DNA of 44,068 nucleotides from Folioceros fuciformis (lineage: Eukaryota): assembly GCA_049999805.1 (NCBI GenBank), contig JBNGIO010006060.1, forward strand, positions 62,001 to 106,068, written 5' to 3'. Shown here in pieces: positions 12,525-23,924 of this stretch. How positions within the stretch are numbered: the first letter of the stretch is position 1; each line of letters starts with the position of its first letter. The translations under genes were made by a program, and so were the position numbers. Below the pieces are notes generated by a model. It did not search any database. It saw nothing but the letters and a program-made list of their open reading frames with translations, and was not told where the DNA came from.

Positions 12525-13598
12525 CTAACGCTTCCTCTTGCGACCGGGGTCTGCTGGTGATCCTCCTTCAACGGACTTTGGACCACTCCTTTCAGGGCGC
12601 CCGGAATACCTTCCGCCTGGGAAATGCCCATGGGAGCTGCTTCTCCTCACTGCGCAGGTTGAGCAGACGTCCAGCAAGCAATCATGCCTTCAAGTGAAAT
12701 GAAAATCCCAAGTCGCTTGAAATTCGCAGGATGAGAGGCAGCAGACATAGCAGGCTTTACCTGGAGCAGCAGCTGGAGGCGGGGGACCCGCTGTGGGGTG
12801 AATCCACTGTATCTGCCTCGGCGGAAATGTGGGAGGTAAGTGCCTCGGCTGAAATGTGGGAGGTAAGGGCCTGGGCGGAAATGTGGGAGGTAAGTGTCTC
12901 GGCGGAAATGTAGGTAATATGTGACTCGGCGGACAGGTGGGTGGTCCGTGCCTTGGCGGATATGTGGGTGGAACGGGCCCGACAGGAAGGTATGGCTGTG
13001 CAAGAGCGTGTGGAACAAAGGGAAGTCCAAGGGGATGTGCTCTTGGTCCATGCAGCGGTCTGCCATTGGGCGCAGGAAAGGAAATCGGAGGACCGGACAG
13101 AGTGGGGGGTTGGGGATGCACAAGCATAGGTCTAGGATCAGGCACAGCCATAGGCGCAGGCCCAAGTAAAGACGGAAGAGTTTGCGGTTGCAGAGGCAGA
13201 GAGAATGGCGGACGATGAGGCATCCGCACATCCAGGGGCAGAGGGCCACGCACAGGCTGTGGAGGACGAGCAGGGGGAGCCCTGGGCAGAAAAGGGCGAG
13301 CAAAAACTGGCGCCCGACCTTCATTTGTGTTTCGCGTACCTTGGTGGGATATCCTGTCCTTTCTGATCAGCTGCCGCACGCCCCGAGGTCGGGTGAGCAC
13401 CATTGCCGCTCCAGGCTCCCTTCCAGACTCCCGTCCAGCCTCCCAAGCAGCAATGCGGCTATCGTTTTCGTCGGGAGTCAAATTCAGGTCCACTGCGATG
13501 TGGAGCCGGGGTGATGCCTTCGCCACAGAACCAGCTTCAACCGAAGGAAGCTTCACCTCGCCACGCCCCGGGGTTCGTGACGGACTGCTTTGAGCCAT
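12525..13598 (-). CDS. AP2-less paralog of gene X (copy B): EAR-like motif, Pro-rich repeats and basic C-terminus, 320 aa
   Basis: Exons 13598-12761 and 12649-12525 use splice sites homologous to copy A (gctccag|gtaaa; gcag|tg). N-terminal PRLHIAVDLNLTPDENDSRIAAWEA; ends GGSPADPGRKRKR* where copy A continues GGSPQAAGRKRKHTT. Confidence 0.62.
12817..12932 (-). repeat. 27-bp coding tandem repeat (about 4 copies) encoding PPRHLPPTF-like units
   Basis: Plus-strand unit ctcggcggaaatgtgggaggtaagtgc at 12817, 12844, 12871 and 12898; absent from copy A. Confidence 0.9.
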
Positions 13599-13999
13599 CG
13601 TCCCCCTGTGTAGATATCAGGAACTGCAGGCAGCCCAACAGTGCTGTTAGCGATCGCAATCGCAGCATCCTCCGCAGAATAGCTATATTCACGAGCAATG
13701 AACAACGAAAGCAGTACCTGGCAGCACTCCCAAGCGGTAGCGTTCACGAACGTCAGATCTGGAATGCTGTGCTACAACGAGAATGGGAAGGAGCTTGAAT
13801 CAGAGCTCGAGGAGAGCGCGAGGGGACAGCAAGGAAGGAGACATGTCGAAGAGTGAGCTGAGAGGAGAAAGGGGAGAGAGGAAAGAAGGTAGGTTCACAC
13901 CCTAATTCTTTTTACCGGTTACTGTGAACCCCAACATGGTCTGGACATTTCTGGTCTCTGTGACTCTACGGGAAGTACATCTCACATCTCCTGTGTCCA

Positions 14000-14700
14000 T
14001 TGCACTCGGCTTTGGGTGGTTTTCGAGCAACCGGCAGCGACAACGAGTTTGTCTGCACTGTGATGCGCCTCGGTGTTCTAGGGGGGCTCCCCCTGACCAC
14101 ACAGAGACACTGGGGCGATTTACTGCAAGCATATCGGGTCTTCCAGACAATGCCGTGCCGTCGACGGGCATGGACTGGCACGAGCGGAACAGGCCGGATT
14201 TGAGAACAGCGCCAACAGGGACATTGAAGCTCCAACGGCAGTGCAAATGATTCCAGTTCGTCCCCAGAGTGCCACTGAGCTGGTCTTTTCACTACACACC
14301 AAGACCCGCTCGCGCATTACCGTCCCGTGACATCCTATCCACTCCGTGTAGTGACCTCGGAATCAACGAGCTCAATCCCAGGCTTCCCCACGCAAAGGTT
14401 CTGACTGGTGAGCAGTCTTCCCCGTCTCTTCTAAGAAGACTGGCATACCGCATATATATGTGGGTAGTTATGTACATACATGGACAGAGCGGCTCCCAAG
14501 AGCCCCACTTCCAACGCCTTCAAGTCTAGCATTCCAGCCATTAATTTGTGGCCTCGTCCTTGAGTTCAGGAACGTGAGAACATTGTTGCTGAAAAAATGC
14601 GAGTTCATAACCGGATGTCCCTTAACATTCGTCCATGATCAGTTGTCACTCTTGCAGCTTGTGGTTCCAGCCCGAAACTGGCATTTATGCAGTGCGAAAT
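14000..14700. other. Conserved intergenic module, copy B (shorter, more diverged)
   Basis: gagacactggggc...ccagacaatgccgtgccgtcgacggg and gattccagttcgtccccagagtgccactgagc match 3729-3800, 3983-4015 and 19346-19411. Confidence 0.55.
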
Positions 14701-14998
14701 GCTCAGTTGTCTCCAATGTTGTGGCCCTACGTTCCGGAGGGATCAGCTTCAGTGATCAATTTCAGAGTTAAACTGCAACCCAGAACCAGCCCTTGGAAAC
14801 TGCAGACTGCGAAGGCCTTCATGCCGAGGTCACAATTGAGCAACCACCACAGATCCAGGCAAACACTTCCAAAGCAGGGACCACATATGTTTTCTTGAAA
14901 AGGTGTGGCAGCGCTAGCCCCCACAGCAGGTCATAAAAACAAACTCAGTGGGCTATAGGCATGTACCTCCAAAACTTTCTTGTGCTGCCCGAGGCTGC

Positions 14999-15693
14999 TT
15001 ACTCCGCGTCGAAGCTGCCTGCACCGATCCAACGAGGTGCGTCGCGTCTTCGTGGGAGCCATGGTTCCAAGGTTGACGGCGATCCCGGCAAGAAAGATGG
15101 ACCGGATCCGCTGGCCGGATCCGGATCACGTGTGCCATCATCCTTTGCCGCACGGTCATCCTCACCCGGATCCGGATCACCTGCGCCGTCATCCTCTTCA
15201 GCAGGGCCATCCTCACCCGGATCCAGAATCGGAACGAGAACAGTTGTGGGCGGGGAGTCCGGGGCCGGATCGTTATCAGAATCCTGTGGTCCAACAGAAG
15301 CAAACGGAAGATCATGGCCAGGCCAGCAAAGGTGGCTGGAGGTAGTATTACCGCTGCGACACTCCGCAGAAATGCCAGGGGAAACCAAAGCAATCTTACC
15401 TCTGGGGACGAGCTCGCGCCCGTCAAGAACATGCTGTGGAACAATTTTACAACGTCGAGATTAGCATACGCCCGCAACCGCCCTTGTGCAACCGGTGCTT
15501 CTTTCACCGCGGTACCTTCGCCGTCCGGTACCTTCTCCTCCGGTATCTTCTCCTCCGGTGCCTTCTCCTCGGGTACTGGTCGCTCCTCATCCGGCAGAAT
15601 CCGAATGCTGGTGGTAAACGTCCTTGGCAGTTTCCCTCGCCTCAGTCGCCGCTGTCGTTCAAACCAGAGTCGTGTAGCTTTCCTCCTTATCAT
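14999..15693 (-). CDS. Orphan acidic, Pro-rich protein (gene Y, copy B), about 192 aa, two exons
   Basis: ATG at 15693; a phase-0 intron at 15399-15284 (gag|gtaag ... ccacag|gat) joins the two ORF-track frames. Contains PEEK(A/I/V) x3, a 51-bp duplication (DPDPGEDDRAAKDDGTR-like) and DPDPASGSG, which matches DPDLASGSG in copy C. The intron is inferred. Confidence 0.5.
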
Positions 15694-16539
15694 GACAGCT
15701 CGCCTGGGAAACAAGCCGAGGTCACGAGTACGCAAATTTCCAAGCTCTCAATCTCGCGAGCGCAAACACAGCTGGAACAGACGGTGCAAGGCATGCTCAC
15801 ATGTGCGGAACAACCCTGGAACTCGAACCACACACGGCAGGATGAGAGCCCAGCGCCATGGCTCGTCAGAGTAGGAGGAATGGGCAACACATCGCTACCA
15901 AACCAAGGTCGGAGGCGCGGAGGTAGCGAACAAGGTGTTTGCAACTTCGCCTGCAGTCAGCAAGCACCCTTGCAGGCGGAATGCAGTGTCAAGAAGAGTG
16001 CAGAGCAGCGGCTTCTAGCCTGCGCACTCCAGCTCCCCACGTTGGCAAAGAACTCTGCTGCTGTCCGTGCTGTCGCTGCCTCCACCAGCTCAGCTCTGCC
16101 CTTACTTCGTCTCTTTGATGACAGACCAAAAACCCCAGAACCCTCCATTGTCGGAGTGTCGTTGAGCCGTACGGGGAGCCGTCCTCTCTGACACATGTCA
16201 GCCTTCTACCCCCGCGGACTGCAAAGCTGTTTTCTACGCATCCTCCTGGGGCATCCATCCTGGGTACGTGTGTTTTCACCAACGACAGCATAGTAGAAAG
16301 CTATCTATTTTATTTTTATTTTGATATCAGTATGCAATACCTATTAGAATACATACTTAAGATCTTTTACAATTATTGAATAACACTCAAGTGTTATTTG
16401 TAACTAACAAACAATCTCAGCAAACATATGTATATGTAATTACTTATGTTCTCGCTAAAAAAGCTACATATACTCTATATAACATCAATAACCTATGCCA
16501 ATTGTTAACTCGAAGGAGATGAACAAGATACAGCCACTA

Positions 16540-16985
16540 TTGAGGTGAGGAGATGAGGAAGATAAGTCTCGATTAAGCGAGATAAGTCTCCATTAAGCAG
16601 AAGAGACGAGGAAGATAATGTCAAAGGAGATGAGGAAGCTAAGGTCTCTATTGAGGTTGAGGTGGAGTACATGGAGACAAGGAAGATAAAGTCTCAGCTG
16701 AGGTCAGGGTGGAGCACATGAGAGATGAGGAAGATAAGACCTCTCTGAAGGTTGAGGTGGAACACATGGAGACGAGGAAGATAAGGTTTCTATTGAGGTC
16801 GAGGTGGAGCACTCTATTGAGGTTGAGGTGGAGCGTATGGAGACGAGGACGATAAGGTCTCTGTCAAGGTTGAGATGGAGCACTCTGTTGAGGTTAAGGT
16901 GGAGCACATGGAGATGAGGAAGATAAGGCTTTTGTTGAGATCAAGGTAGAGCACTCTATTGAGGTTGAGGCTCAGGTGGAGCCAT
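16540..16985. repeat. Complex purine-rich tandem repeat (gaggtggagcac / gaggaagataaggtctc modules)
   Basis: Repeated ttgaggttgaggtggagcac and ggaga(c/t)gaggaagataagg modules inside an AT-rich block (16290-18100) that is absent from the other units. Confidence 0.8.
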
Positions 16986-17448
16986 TTCAAGTAGAGAAAG
17001 TTTGTGGAGGTCATTGTTAGAGAACTCAAGATAACATAGCTAGTAACCTCTCCAATATGACCTTTACAATTAACAGGGAGGTGGGTCTACTGATGGTAAC
17101 AATTATGCAGACAATAGCTGTAGAGCTCGATGACCCATGGATATTGCAACAAAGGCTTGAGGTCACTTGAAAGCATGGGCCAAGGGTAGCACCGAATTGT
17201 ATTTTCGTGCATCAATATGGCAGCACTACTTGATTGGTTAGGTAGCACAAAGAACTAGAGCTAGTGATTGCTTCAAATGCACTATAACATAAAGTAAACA
17301 TATATATTAACCTTAGCTTACATACAAGAAACCAAAATCTAAACCTAAACATATGTTAGTTATGCTTCTTGAAACCATTCCAAAAATAAATAGTTCTCAT
17401 CCATGCATCGGGTAATTGATGGATTCCCATAAGCTTGATATTTATGAC

Positions 17449-17469
17449 ATATATATATATATATATATA
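17449..17469. repeat. (AT)n microsatellite
   Basis: Perfect AT run of about 10 units. Confidence 0.9.
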
Positions 17470-17796
17470 GAAAGAATAAAAATATGTTAATAGTATAAAA
17501 TATGATTAAAAGGAATAATTAATTATTCTATTCAATATTAAGTCTGATATGTATATCTGAAAAAGAGATTAACAAAAGCTGCCATGAAACGTTGACCTCT
17601 TTCGATGTTCAATAGATGTGAGCATACAAAATTCAAATTTATGAGAGTTTCTGATCGGGTGGAACTTGATGTCTACACATTTTTGAGTAATGTGTGAAAC
17701 TCGATGTCTACATAGTTTCAATTAGAATGCCCAAGTCCTAGAAAAACTTGATGTCTAATGGAATACACAAACCTTAGAAAACATGATGTCTAACAC

Positions 17797-17892
17797 AATG
17801 CTTCAGCATCAAAAAACTTCAATGCTTCAGCATCAAAAAACTTCAATGCTTCAGCATCAGAAAACTTCAATGCTTCAGCATCAGAAAACTTC
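17797..17892 (+). repeat. 24-bp tandem repeat x4 within a more degenerate aacttgatgtcta array (about 17660-17985)
   Basis: aatgcttcagcatca(a/g)aaaacttc four times; flanks repeat aacttgatgtcta and gaatgcgcaagcctt. Confidence 0.9.
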
Positions 17893-18146
17893 ATGGCTAG
17901 TAGAATGCGCAAGCCTTAATAAACTTGATGTCTTGTAGAATTCACAAGCATTGATAAACTTGTCTAAGAGAATGCGCAAGCCTTAAAATGGCTGCAGAAC
18001 AAATGCAGAATCTTAAATAATTGGATAGATATAAACCTTTCTACATCCAGATCGTTACAAAATGAACTGAAGATAAGCATCCGGAAGGCGTATGGGATAG
18101 CACGAATTTCTGAGGTTACTCCCATTATGGAAGCTTCATTTGATTT

Positions 18147-18395
18147 CTACTGGAGGGCAGCGTTCTCGGGAGTAAGCCGCGCAGGTGAAGATGCAAGGTC
18201 GCGACGATGCACAGCCTCCCAAGCTGCAATGCGGCGATCATTTTCCTCCACGCTCAGGTTCAAGTCCACTGCCATGTGGAGCCGAGTTGGTGCAGGCGCA
18301 ACGGGACCAGCTTCGTCCGAAGGACTCGTCACCGCCTGTGGGACTGCCATGGCCCCGCTGACTGACGACAGCGACGACGCCTCGATGCTAGCCAT
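18147..18395 (-). CDS. 82-aa EAR-motif-only paralog of gene X (copy C); candidate microProtein or truncated pseudogene
   Basis: ATG at 18395 in a context similar to copies A and B. Encodes MASIEASSLSSVSGAMAVPQAVTSPSDEAGPVAPAPTRLHMAVDLNLSVEENDRRIAAWEAVHRRDLASSPARLTPENAALQ*. No splice donor was seen before the stop, and AT-rich repeat DNA follows. Confidence 0.55.
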   Translation of the reverse strand: MASIEASSLSSVSGAMAVPQAVTSPSDEAGPVAPAPTRLHMAVDLNLSVEENDRRIAAWEAVHRRDLASSPARLTPENAALQ

Positions 18396-19249
18396 GTTCC
18401 GAGATCCCCAATAGCTCTCGGAAGCTGCAGCCGGACCAGAAAGGCTGTTTTCAATTGCTATTGCAATCGCAATCTGAATAGCAAGCCTCCTCCTCCGGAT
18501 CACTGTACTCAGGAGCGAGGGGCAAGGAATTCAGTGCCGGCAGGCCTCCGAAGCGCTCACCAACAAATCCGCGATGCTGTACCACCACGAAAGCGAGGAG
18601 AAGTCTAAAGCAAGCAGTGGAACGAAGCCAAGACTAGTCAGCTGCTGGCTATGGTTCGGCGTAACAGGCTGTGGTTAGTCGGGACCTTGAGGTAGTCAAC
18701 GGAGAGCAGAGATTGGCGAGGACTGTAGGGTACCAGTGGTGATGAGCAACCTTAGAGAAAAATGTGGAAGGTTGGAGCCGGTCGTTGTAGTCAGGTGAGG
18801 CAGGAGGAGCTTGGGCCGCGCGGGAATTCGCTGTGAGTCAGGGTCGGTATTGGTCAGGGGCAGAGCTGAAAGACACAGCGCATGGGGGCTCTCAGGAGAC
18901 ATCGTCAAGAGAGAGGACAGAAGAGGCCCGAAACTCCACAGTAAAATGACACTTCACTTCACTTTTACCGTTGCGGCTCTTTCATATTCCAGAGCGCTTC
19001 TTCCACCCTGTATGGCTATTTTCTTATTTACTTATGATCTCCTTTGATCCTCCTAATGTCCGACTTTAATACCAAATGTTTAAATTATTCCTGGGTTCTG
19101 TAATGGACTGGTTAATGGTAAACAGCTGGGTAAGTTGATTCCGGGATGTGCTTAAGGCCTCCGATTGAGGGGAAAGTTACCTCACCCCGCCCCCACGCCG
19201 ACGAAGCAACTGGGATGGACCACCTTGGGCAGCGGGCAGCGGGCAGGAT

Positions 19250-20960
19250 AGGCCGATGACGCAGTTGGCCGGTACTCTGCGCCGGCGAACATGGTTGGCG
19301 ACCGGTGGGGGCAGTTGGGGGTTGCCCGCTGTGACTGATCGGACCGAGACACTGGGGCCCTTAAAACCCACAGCACGATTGGCCGACTCCACTCTGCCGT
19401 GCTGTTGACGGGATTACAGGGCGCAAGCTAGCTGAACGGGGAGGGCTATGGGACAGGCACCAAGAGGAACGGCCGTAACCAATGGCAGGCATTGGGAGGC
19501 AATCACCAAGGATGTTCCAAGCCCTCAGTGTGACGCAGTAGCCTTCCCCTCAGCATATGCCAAAAAATCAGAGTTCGTCCGCGTCGAGCCACCGAGGGGG
19601 TCGCTTTGCCGTCACGTCTCTACCGGGGCCCTGTACCGGCCGCCGGACGAAGGAGCTCATCTGCAACTCCTCCCACGCAAACTGGTATGTGTACATTTCT
19701 ATTGGTGAGCGGCTCTCCCCTGCAAACCATGCCATACCCCATACGTAAGTGCGTACGTTCCCCCCATGGGCAGAGGGTGCGCTCCAACTCCTTCCGATCC
19801 AGAGGTCCAGCCACTCTAGGCCCCATCCTTGAGTTCATCGCTGCTGATGAAGCAGGTTCACATCAGGATGTGGTTCCAAGCACTTCCTTGGAAAGCAATC
19901 AAGCGGTGGTGCGCAGAAAGAGAGAGTGCGGGCTCCCGCATGCATACGAGTAATTATGTACGCACTTGAGGGCGGGCAGGAGCGGTCACATCTCAGCGCT
20001 GCTTGATTTTAAAATGACAAGGCGAGCGCCTGTAAACAGAGCCCCGCGCTGCCCTGTGTTGTACACCACTTAAGAGGCCTGGCTTTGGCGGGGGCCAGCA
20101 CGGCTTGCCGCATTCATCAACCGCGTAGCTTCTAGCGCTCTGCCACCACTCAAGGCAGAGTAGTTTGAGGAAAGGATATGCTTGAAGGAGCTGTCGACCG
20201 TGCTCTGTCCAGGAGGCCTGCCCCTGGTCAAGTTGCATGCATGAAAGTACTCTGGGCAAAAGCTGAATCAGGACATGTCCGTCGGTTGCCCTGGCCCCTG
20301 CTCCCGTCCTCTGTCCTCTGTCCTCTGCCCTTTGCCTTCTGTCCTGCCCTGCCCTCCGCTGGGGCCCTGTGGACTTGAGCAGCGGCCAGCCATTGCAGCA
20401 AGTCGCAACTTGCAATCGCCAGGGAAGGATCCAGCTCGCAAGGTCCGGATATCCTACCGAGGTGCTGATGTCTCTCCGTGCGTCTGGTTCTCGGGCACCG
20501 GTTTTGCAGACCACGCTTCCCCGATCTCTGGTGCTTATACCTGTCCAGAATCTATGTTGTATGTATCGGGGTACAGCGGCTAGGTCAGAGGGAGTGCAAG
20601 GCAGTGCAGGGCTGCGCATTTCTGGTACTGTATGATTTATGCCTTCGATTAATAACATCTACGAAGTAGGAGATGGAATTATACGTCCGATAGCTGCCTT
20701 GGCAGTGGCCGCCGTGAGCTCACGCTGACTCACTTCAGCGATTGAGGCAAGGGGGCGCATGGGTAGAGTTCTCAGCTTCTACGACTAGAGACGAATTTCA
20801 ATAGCTCTTTCGGTCACCAGCGTGCGCCTAGATCCTACGCTGACAGCCTCACATGACTTCACGCACATACATTGTTTGCGTAACTGTCAACCCAAAAACA
20901 AAGAGAAAAAAAAGACAACTCGACAGTGCATTGCACCTTTTATCTTATTAACTAGACTTC
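19250..20960. other. Conserved intergenic module, copy C
   Basis: Colinear similarity with 3640-5420; contains a (tcctctg)n run at about 20307-20330. Confidence 0.7.
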
Positions 20961-21361
20961 ATCTTCGCTTGAAGTTGGCATGATTCGTCGTCAGTATTGC
21001 AGCTTGGAGTTGGCCAGCCCGCAACTGGAATTGCCTACACCACAATGCTCCAAGTCCGTAAGTCCGCGGGCCTGGATGCAGGAGGGGACCAGTGATCATG
21101 ATTGGAGTTTAAGATTAAGGCAACAATCCACAGCCACCCCTTGGAGCCTGCAGGACGCCCAGGTCCAGAATAAGCAGCCACAGGATCCACGCAAACATCT
21201 TGAAAACTGGTCCAAAGCACGAATCAGAAAACAAATAGCAGCTCCCATGCCAAGCTCTGGAATGAAGCTCTGGCCAAGAGTCAGCCCAGTCATGGAGGCA
21301 AGCACAATTGGCTCTAAGTACGTACCTCCATAGCTTCCACTTGTCCCACTTCCGCTCGCGG

Positions 21362-22448
21362 CTAAGAAGTGCAAGCTCCCGGTGAGCGGGTTAATCCGGC
21401 TGCCTGTGCCGGAGGAGATGCATCATCCCCTGGGAACACGGTAGGCAAGCTTGATGTGATTCGAAGGAGAGGCAGCGCACCAGATCCGCTGGCCAGGTCC
21501 GGATCCGCGGGGCCAGATACCGCGGTCGGCTCATCTTCAAGAAGTAAGAGCGGATCACGGGAAGTCGTTGGCGGGGCATCCCACTCCGGACCCGCACCAG
21601 GAGCATTGGCATGAACCTCTTGGTTGCGAAGGAGCGGCACCCGCGGAGCGTCACCATACACTTCGTGTCCCGGGCCGGCGCCCGTTGCGTAGGGCTGCAA
21701 GGTTGGGAGCTGCCGGCCGCNNNNNNNNNNNNNNNNNNNNNNNNNNNNNNNNNNNNNNNNNNNNNNNNNNNNNNNNNNNNNNNNNNNNNNNNNNNNNNNN
21801 NNNNNNNNNNNNNNNNNNNNNNNNNNNNNNNNNNNNNNNNNNNNNNNNNNNNNNNNNNNNNNNNNNNNNNNNNNNNNNNNNNNNNNNNNNNNNNNNNNNN
21901 NNNNNNNNNNNNNNNNNNNNNNNNNNNNNNNNNNNNNNNNNNNNNNNNNNNNNNNNNNNNNNNNNNNNNNNNNNNNNNNNNNNNNNNNNNNNNNNNNNNN
22001 NNNNNNNNNNNNNNNNNNNNNNNNNNNNNNNNNNNNNNNNNNNNNNNNNNNNNNNNNNNNNNNNNNNNNNNNNNNNNNNNNNNNNNNNNNNNNNNNNNNN
22101 NNNNNNNNNNNNNNNNNNNNGTTCCTGTCGAAGCGCTGCCAGCTCGGCCGTTTGCCGCAACAGCAGTTCCGGCTGCCGCTGCTTCCGCCGCTCCCACATG
22201 AGGTCGTGCAGGTGGAGCACTACTTGCTGCTCCATAAACTGCCGCCGCTGCTCCTCCTCCTGCTCCTGCTGCTGCTCCTCCTCCTGCCGATGCGCCATCA
22301 TGGTGAGAGCGGTCGCGGCTGCCTCTTCCATGGGCAGCAGCCCTTCGTCAACGCCACGCACGGGAGATGGCGGCGGCGCCGGAGGAGGATGACTGGGCCG
22401 CGGTCGTGGCGCAACGAGTTCGTTAGCCTCACCTTTCTCCGTTGCCAT
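21362..22448 (-). CDS. Orphan protein with Glu/Gln-rich predicted coiled coil (gene Y, copy C), spanning an assembly gap
   Basis: ATG at 22448: MATEKGEANELVAPRPRP...QEEEQQQEQEEEQRRQFMEQQ. After the gap: ...PEWDAPPTTSRDPLLLLEDEPTAVSGPADPDLASGSG...*. Continuity across the 400 Ns cannot be verified. Confidence 0.5.
21721..22120. other. Assembly gap (400 N)
   Basis: Run of n characters. Confidence 1.
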
Positions 22449-22875
22449 GGCTAGCACCTGGCCTCGCCTGCAAGTCCAAACAAGCCTTGGCCATGAGCAC
22501 TTTCTTCGACGTTACACCACAAACAGCAACATCGCAAGCTCTAACGCTCAGTCTGCAAGGCTCTGCAAAGTAGGAGGAATGTGCGACACATAGCTCGCTA
22601 GCAGACCAAATTCCGAGGAGCAGGGGAAGCTGGCTAGCACGGTTACCTGTAGCGAACCGAAAACACACCAAGAAACGGGTTACCTGCAGTAGCGCCTGCC
22701 AACGGAATGCAGTGGCGCCGCTGCTGATGCCGCTGAAGAAGTGCTGCTGTACTCACGATCCGGCTCCTCCTGCCACCTTGTGTGCCACCAGCTCTCCTCT
22801 CCCTTGGGTTTAATCTCTCTCAGCAGCCCCAAATCGTTGTAAGAGAGTGTTGAGCCCGTACTGCTTGCCTGGGCT

Positions 22876-22984
22876 AACTGGTCCCCTAAGATATCACAAG
22901 GCTTTGCCCGGTCCCAGATCCCCGTTTCTTAACTGGTCCCCTACCCTATATCACGGCTTTCTCCGGGTCCCCGATCCCCGTTTG
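22876..22984 (+). repeat. About 55-bp direct repeat x2
   Basis: taactggtccccta...atatcac..ggcttt..cc.ggtccc.gatccccgttt occurs twice. Confidence 0.8.
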
Positions 22985-23924
22985 CCCTGGACCACTTCGC
23001 TCGTCCCTACCCCTTTATACACATACCCAAAGATCATAAATCAACAGCTTACAACAAAATCCTACCTCATACATACATATCTAGGTGAGATGCTAAGCCT
23101 TTAAGGGACATTATATTGTTATCTAAATTTATTATAATATTATTTATATTAAAATTATCATAGTTTGGCATACATTATAACTATGATTGGTTCCTCTTTA
23201 CCTTATCAAATGATGACAAGGGCAATACATTCATGTAGGTAGAAACGCTATTCATATCAATGTCACATGGTTGGAAAACTAGGTCACCCATATTAGTCTC
23301 AAATCTTCCCATATGACAAGGAAGTAAACCACAACATGACAACTAAGTCTATCCATATACCAACTCTTTTTGCTCAAATCTTTGTCCTACAGTAGGAAAA
23401 GAAAATAAGTCGTAACAAACAAAATACTAGTAAAAGGGTTACTCATGTTTTGTTCACATGATTTAGAAAACTAACCCACTATACCAAATAAAACAGTCAC
23501 AGTTCTTGGTCAGATAAATATCTAGAAAGTAAACCATAATATACAAGAAAGATGAAACAAAGCACATTCGTATTGGCAAAACAGTTATTCATGCCTTTGT
23601 CACGCCATGGGGAAAAGTAGTCAATCATTAGGGCAGAAAGAATAATCTTACTTTGTGTCCCAAGATTATGTGGATGTCAATACAACAACCCATGAAAAAT
23701 CTACCTATAAAACGTTTTTGGTGCACAACTTAGGGTATAAAAGACTAAGAAATTTCAAGTACAAGAGACAATGGTATCGTTTCACTCACATATGCATATG
23801 TGGTCTATTGCAAGTAGGAAGGCTCATGAAGAAGAGTGAAATTTCAAACATAAATGAAGGTTCATTTATTGTTCTTGAAGAATGACCATGGAGAAGAAGA
23901 TAGGAACAACTTAAATACTTCAAT

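Noticed and set aside
13924-14250. RanBP2-type zinc-finger-like NRQRQRVCLHCDAPR in a plus-strand ORF
   Set aside because: The first Cys pair is missing and the motif is not conserved in the homologous modules of copies A and C.
14953-15735. 260-aa single-exon ORF
   Set aside because: Its C-terminal half is off-frame relative to the motifs shared with the paralogs (PPTT, DPDPASGSG); the spliced model fits better.
21391-22392. Long ORFs crossing 21721-22120
   Set aside because: Their length is an artefact of translating through 400 Ns.
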